From sequence record SRR20825019_488: a DNA stretch of 20,000 nt. One strand, 5' to 3'. The notes beneath the pieces are model-generated. The model did no database searches, was not told the DNA's origin, and saw only the letters and a program-made list of their open reading frames with translations. The first letter of the stretch is position 1. Every line of letters starts with the position of its first letter. The translations under genes and the position numbers were made by a program. Shown one piece after another: positions 15,809-20,000 of this stretch.

Positions 15809-16555
15809 ATGAGAAAGACCATTCTGATTACCGGTGCCAGCACCGGCCTCGGCGAAGGCATGGCCCGCGAATGGGCCGCCAAGGGCTGCAACCTTGCGCT
15901 CTGCGCGCGGCGGGCGGATAAGCTGGAGGCACTGCAGCGGGAATTGCAGCAAACCTACCCCGATATTCGGGTGTTGGTCCGGGGCCTGAATGTGTGCGAC
16001 TACGATCAAGTGTTCGAGGTGTTTCGGGGATTCCGGGATGAGTTGGGCAGTCTTGACCGTGTGGTTGTGAATGCGGGTATTGGCAGTTCCCAGCCGATTG
16101 GGCGTGGGCACTTTGCCGCCAACCGGCAGACGGCCGAAACCAACTTTATCGCCGCCATCGCCCAAAGCGAGGCAGCCATGGAGATTTTCCGGGAGCAGAA
16201 CAGCGGGCATCTGGTGCTGATGTCGTCGGTCAGCGGTGTTCGCGGCTTCCGTGGGCCTATCAACGTCTACGCCGCCACCAAGGCCGCCGTGGCGTCGCTC
16301 GCCGAGGGCCTGCAACTGGATACGAAGGGCAAGCCCATCAACGTCAGCAACATCATGCCGGGCTACATCCTCACCGACATCAACCGAGAGACAAAGAATG
16401 CGCCCTTCCGGGTGGACCTTGAAACCGGCGTGAAGGCACTGGTGAAAGCAATTGATTCCGAGGTACGCCGCGCCTATGTGCCCTGGTGGCCCTGGACGCC
16501 GCTCAGCTATGTGTTGAAGGCCCTGCCCTTTGGGTTGTTTGCACGGGCGATGTGA
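15809..16555 (+). CDS. SDR family NAD(P)-dependent oxidoreductase
   Basis: TGASTGLG nucleotide-binding motif, VNAG, and YAATK catalytic motif. Confidence 0.92.
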   Translation: MRKTILITGASTGLGEGMAREWAAKGCNLALCARRADKLEALQRELQQTYPDIRVLVRGLNVCDYDQVFEVFRGFRDELGSLDRVVVNAGIGSSQPIGRGHFAANRQTAETNFIAAIAQSEAAMEIFREQNSGHLVLMSSVSGVRGFRGPINVYAATKAAVASLAEGLQLDTKGKPINVSNIMPGYILTDINRETKNAPFRVDLETGVKALVKAIDSEVRRAYVPWWPWTPLSYVLKALPFGLFARAM

Positions 16556-16563
16556 CTGGCCAC

Positions 16564-19131
16564 TCACCCGTCCCGCAACAACACCGCCGGATTCAGCCGC
16601 ATGGCCCTCAACGTAGGCAGCAGCCCTCCCAGCAATGCCAGTGAACTGACGGCGCCAGCCACCAACGCGCCAATCCACCACAGGTCCCCCGCTGGCAGTT
16701 TTAGCGCCAGGTCCGCAACCGGCAGAGCAATCAGCGCCCCGAGCCCCGTTGCAAACACGGTTGCCAGTAGCGTCAGCAAACCGGTTTCCAGCAACATGGC
16801 ATTCCGGATGGCCTGGTGCCTGGCCCCGAGGCAATGTAGCAAGTTGGCTTCGTAGAGTTGTCGCCGGCGGCTGACGCTGACCACGCTCGACAGCACCAGC
16901 AAGCTAGCCAGAAGACTGACCGAGGCAACCGCCGCAAGGCCAGCGGCGGCCTTATTGAGCAGGCCGCCGGCTGTTTCAAGCCAGTCTGCGGTGCGCAGGG
17001 TGATAACGTTGGGGATGTTGCCGGCCAGCCATTGCTGGGAGTCTTTGGCGGCCGCGTCGCCCTGGTAGACGGCGCCGACGTAAAGGCTGATTAAGCCATC
17101 CAGGGCGCCTTGCTGCAGTACGCCTTCAAACCAGAACCGCGTCTGCAGGCCTTTCTGGCGGTATATCGCCCGAATTTCGGCAACGATCGGCTGGTCCTGC
17201 GCCGTGAACTCAATCCGGTCGCCCACCGTCAGCCCCAGTTCGTTGGCTTCGCGGTCTTCCATGGCCATGTACACAGGCTCGCCTTCCGGTGCAGGCGAGC
17301 TCCACCAGTTGCCCTGCACCAGCTCCAGACCTTCCGGATTTCCCGCCAGATAGGTGAGCTTGTATTCGTCCCCCATGGCCTCACGCCTGGCTCGCGGGTT
17401 ATCGGCCAGTGCCTCCGCGATAGGCTCAGCGTTAATGGCGGCCATTCGGGCGCGAACCAGTGGCAGGAGTTCCGTCCTGCTGGAAGGATCCAGGGATTCC
17501 AGGCCGGACTTGAGTGGCTCCCTCTGGTCCGGGAACACTTCGTACAGGATCAGCGCGGGGGATTCCGCCGGGATGGTGGTTTCCAGAGCTCGCAGGAGCG
17601 TGGTGACCATCAGGGTGCAGGCCACTACCAGAGTCAAGGCGGTACCCAGCGACAACAAGGTTGCCCGCAGGGGCGAATCCGGCCGATGAAGGTTGGCCAG
17701 TGCCAGGCGCCGGGCGAATTTGCGGTCGGCGAAGCCACTGTTTTCCAGCGCTTTTGCGCCCCGCCGCAGCCCCTTGATAATGCCTTCCAGCAAGCCCCAG
17801 AGCACACATACCGCCAGCAGAAAAAGGAACCCCAATTGTGGCGACGGTAACCAGAACAGCGTCGCGCCGATATAGATGGTCAGCAGAATGTAGCTCGCGA
17901 TCCGCCAGGTTCGGGGTTCGTTACGGGCGGCCTGCACCTGCCCACGGAAAAGTCCGGCTGGTGATGCCGCGAGCGCCCTGGCCAGGGCCGGCAGCGCGAA
18001 GACGTAGGCCGTGAGCACCGCAAACAACCAGCTCAGCAACAAAGGGATAAACCACAAAGACAGCCAGCCCCCTACCCCGTCCGGCCCCGACAATGCATAA
18101 GCGTCGCCCGCCATGGATATCGCCACGGCGGAAAGCCCCAATCCGATTCCGCCACCGATCAGGCCCGCCAGACTGCCCAGCAGGCCGACCTGCAGCAGGT
18201 AGATGGCCACCAATGGTTTGCGGCGCAGGCCCAGCGTCTGCAGGGTGGCGATGGTGCCCAGCTTTTCGTCCAGGTAGGCGTGGATGCTGTTTGCCACCCC
18301 AAGGCCGCCAATGAACAGCGTCGTGAAGGCGATCAGGATAAGCGCTGTGGCAATCTGATCCAGCCGTTCAGCGATGCGTTCGCTACGCTCCGCGAAGGTA
18401 GTGGTGTCCCAGTTCGGCTCCGGGAACGCCTGTTCGAAGTCCGCCAGCCATACATCCAGGTTCTGGTCGGTCTTCACCTTGTACTCGTAGTCCACTCGGC
18501 TACCGGGCCGGATCAGTTCCGTTGCCTCCACCGCCTGCTCGGAAATCATGATGGGCAGGCCGCGCCAGTTTGCGTTCAGGCGTCGGTCCGGCTGTTTCTG
18601 GATCAGACCGCTGATGCGGAACGTGGCCGCGCCGATCTCGATCTGGTCTCCGATGGTCTGGCCCAGGCGTTCAGCCAACAACGGATCGATCACGGCACCC
18701 CAAACACCGTCTTTGCGTGCGGTTAGCTCAGCACGCGACTGGTCCGGCGTGAGCTGCAGCTCGCCGTAAAGCGGATAGGCCGCATCCGGAATCAGTATCT
18801 CGGCGCGGAAGAAGCCGTCACCGCTCTCGCCACTGACAATGGTGTCGAACTCCCGAACCAGCGAGAGCGTCCCGGTGCGCCCCACCCATTCGATTACGTC
18901 ACTCGGCAACGGCTCGCTGGCATCGAGCTCCACATCGCCGCCCAACAACATGCGCGTGTCCGCCAGCAGGCTCTGCTCGATCACCCGGTACAGGCTGGCC
19001 GTGGCCGCCACCAGGGTCACGCCGAGGATGAGGCACGCCAGAAACACTTTAAGCGCTGAGAGCCGTGATCGCAGATCGGTGATCGCGAATTTGAACATCC
19101 AGAGCGGCTTTGTGGAGGCGTTACGCTTCAT
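16564..19131 (-). CDS. ABC transporter permease (YbbP/FtsX-like, duplicated architecture)
   Basis: LLGGD, YPLYGEL, IATLQTLG and LHCLGA repeats with multiple TM helices. Start ATG 19131 overlaps the end of the ATPase gene. Confidence 0.88.
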   Translation of the reverse strand: MKRNASTKPLWMFKFAITDLRSRLSALKVFLACLILGVTLVAATASLYRVIEQSLLADTRMLLGGDVELDASEPLPSDVIEWVGRTGTLSLVREFDTIVSGESGDGFFRAEILIPDAAYPLYGELQLTPDQSRAELTARKDGVWGAVIDPLLAERLGQTIGDQIEIGAATFRISGLIQKQPDRRLNANWRGLPIMISEQAVEATELIRPGSRVDYEYKVKTDQNLDVWLADFEQAFPEPNWDTTTFAERSERIAERLDQIATALILIAFTTLFIGGLGVANSIHAYLDEKLGTIATLQTLGLRRKPLVAIYLLQVGLLGSLAGLIGGGIGLGLSAVAISMAGDAYALSGPDGVGGWLSLWFIPLLLSWLFAVLTAYVFALPALARALAASPAGLFRGQVQAARNEPRTWRIASYILLTIYIGATLFWLPSPQLGFLFLLAVCVLWGLLEGIIKGLRRGAKALENSGFADRKFARRLALANLHRPDSPLRATLLSLGTALTLVVACTLMVTTLLRALETTIPAESPALILYEVFPDQREPLKSGLESLDPSSRTELLPLVRARMAAINAEPIAEALADNPRARREAMGDEYKLTYLAGNPEGLELVQGNWWSSPAPEGEPVYMAMEDREANELGLTVGDRIEFTAQDQPIVAEIRAIYRQKGLQTRFWFEGVLQQGALDGLISLYVGAVYQGDAAAKDSQQWLAGNIPNVITLRTADWLETAGGLLNKAAAGLAAVASVSLLASLLVLSSVVSVSRRRQLYEANLLHCLGARHQAIRNAMLLETGLLTLLATVFATGLGALIALPVADLALKLPAGDLWWIGALVAGAVSSLALLGGLLPTLRAMRLNPAVLLRDG

Positions 19132-19792
19132 ACAGGCGCCCACCATCCATCCGGACCCGATGCTGACAGCGCTCCGCGACACGTTCGTCGTGGGTGACCA
19201 GCACCAGGGTGGATTTGCTTTCCTTGTGGAGGTCGAACAGCAGGGAGAGCACTTTTTCGCCGGTGGCATGGTCCAGGTTGCCGGTGGGCTCATCCCCCAG
19301 CAGCAGGCTGGGCTGGTGCACCAGTGCCCGTGCGATTGCGACACGCTGTTGCTCGCCCCCGGAAAGCTGCCCCGGGTAGTGCTGCAATCGGTGGCTCAGG
19401 CCAACCGCGTCAAGCATGGCCAGGGCCTGCTCACGGGCGTTCCCCTGCCCGGCGATTTCCAACGGCAGGCTGACGTTGCCCAGCGCTGTCAGCCCCGGCA
19501 GCAAATGGAAGGATTGGAAAATGATGCCAAGGTGCTCACTGCGCCAGTCGGCCAGCGAATTGGCATCCATGTCGCCCAGGCGCTGGCTGCCCACCAGGAT
19601 CTCTCCGCTGGTCGGGCGCTGGAGGCCGGAAAGCAACAGGAGCAGAGACGTTTTCCCGCTTCCGGAGGGACCGGTAATCGCCAGTGTGTCGCCGGGCGGA
19701 ATCGTGAGCGAGGCGTTGTTGAGCACCGCGACCGTGCCGGACTCGGTTGGGTAGCTAAGGTTAATGTCGCTTATCTGAACGCTGGTGGACAC
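19121..19792 (-). CDS. ABC transporter ATP-binding protein (YbbA/LolD-like)
   Basis: [35 protein letters not shown]. Confidence 0.93.
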   Translation of the reverse strand: MSTSVQISDINLSYPTESGTVAVLNNASLTIPPGDTLAITGPSGSGKTSLLLLLSGLQRPTSGEILVGSQRLGDMDANSLADWRSEHLGIIFQSFHLLPGLTALGNVSLPLEIAGQGNAREQALAMLDAVGLSHRLQHYPGQLSGGEQQRVAIARALVHQPSLLLGDEPTGNLDHATGEKVLSLLFDLHKESKSTLVLVTHDERVAERCQHRVRMDGGRLYEA

Positions 19793-19980
19793 GAAAGCAC
19801 CTTTCTTTTTTAATAACAGAATGTAGCTTGCACGGCGATTATGACGATAGCTGGCAGCCGCGCAGAAGTTGGAAAGTGATTCAAAGTCATTGAGAGTACG
19901 AGCAGTTTTCCAGACTAGCGCACTCTAAAAAAAGGGCCAGACGAAGTTTTACACGACTTTTGCAAAGATGGGAGAACGCT

Positions 19981-20000
19981 ATGGCAGGTGGTTGGTCCCG
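19981..20000 (+). CDS. 5' end of a probable DksA/TraR C4-type zinc finger protein (YbiI-like), truncated by the window edge
   Basis: GGGAGA RBS, then ATG GCA GGT GGT TGG TCC (MAGGWS), resembling the YbiI-family N-terminus MAxGW. Only six full codons are visible. Confidence 0.45.

Noticed and set aside
15761-16834. 357-aa minus-strand ORF, and similarly 18839..19813 plus and 17110..17850 plus
   Set aside because: Antisense or alternative frames of the well-supported SDR and ABC transporter genes.

Overview
Gammaproteobacterial chromosomal window, most likely Marinobacter-like (inferred from gene content and codon style). Left: a DUF6160-type secreted protein, then a split class II (B12-dependent) ribonucleotide reductase operon nrdJa-nrdJb preceded by five NrdR-box-like sites. 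Directly after the nrdJb terminator is an AT-richer integron gene-cassette array with no integrase gene in the window (CALIN-like, about 4500-8770). It has an attI-like site and five cassettes whose boundaries are supported by complementary core sites (GTTAGGT/ACCTAAC, GTTAACG/CGTTAAC, GTTAGGC/GCCTAAC, GTTAGGC/ACCTAGC, GTTATAT/ATATAAC). The cassettes carry a two-gene ParA-type ATPase plus small partner module, a HEPN-like protein and three membrane-anchored hypotheticals. A 168-bp MITE sits exactly at the GTT recombination point of the third attC. Downstream is a co-oriented run of small accessory genes (GrpB, TfoX, solute-binding protein, AlkZ/YcaQ, DinB, GNAT, lipoprotein, DUF2798), then DUF418, an atypical class A beta-lactamase-like serine hydrolase, an SDR, a YbbAP-like ABC transporter and the first codons of a probable YbiI-like gene.
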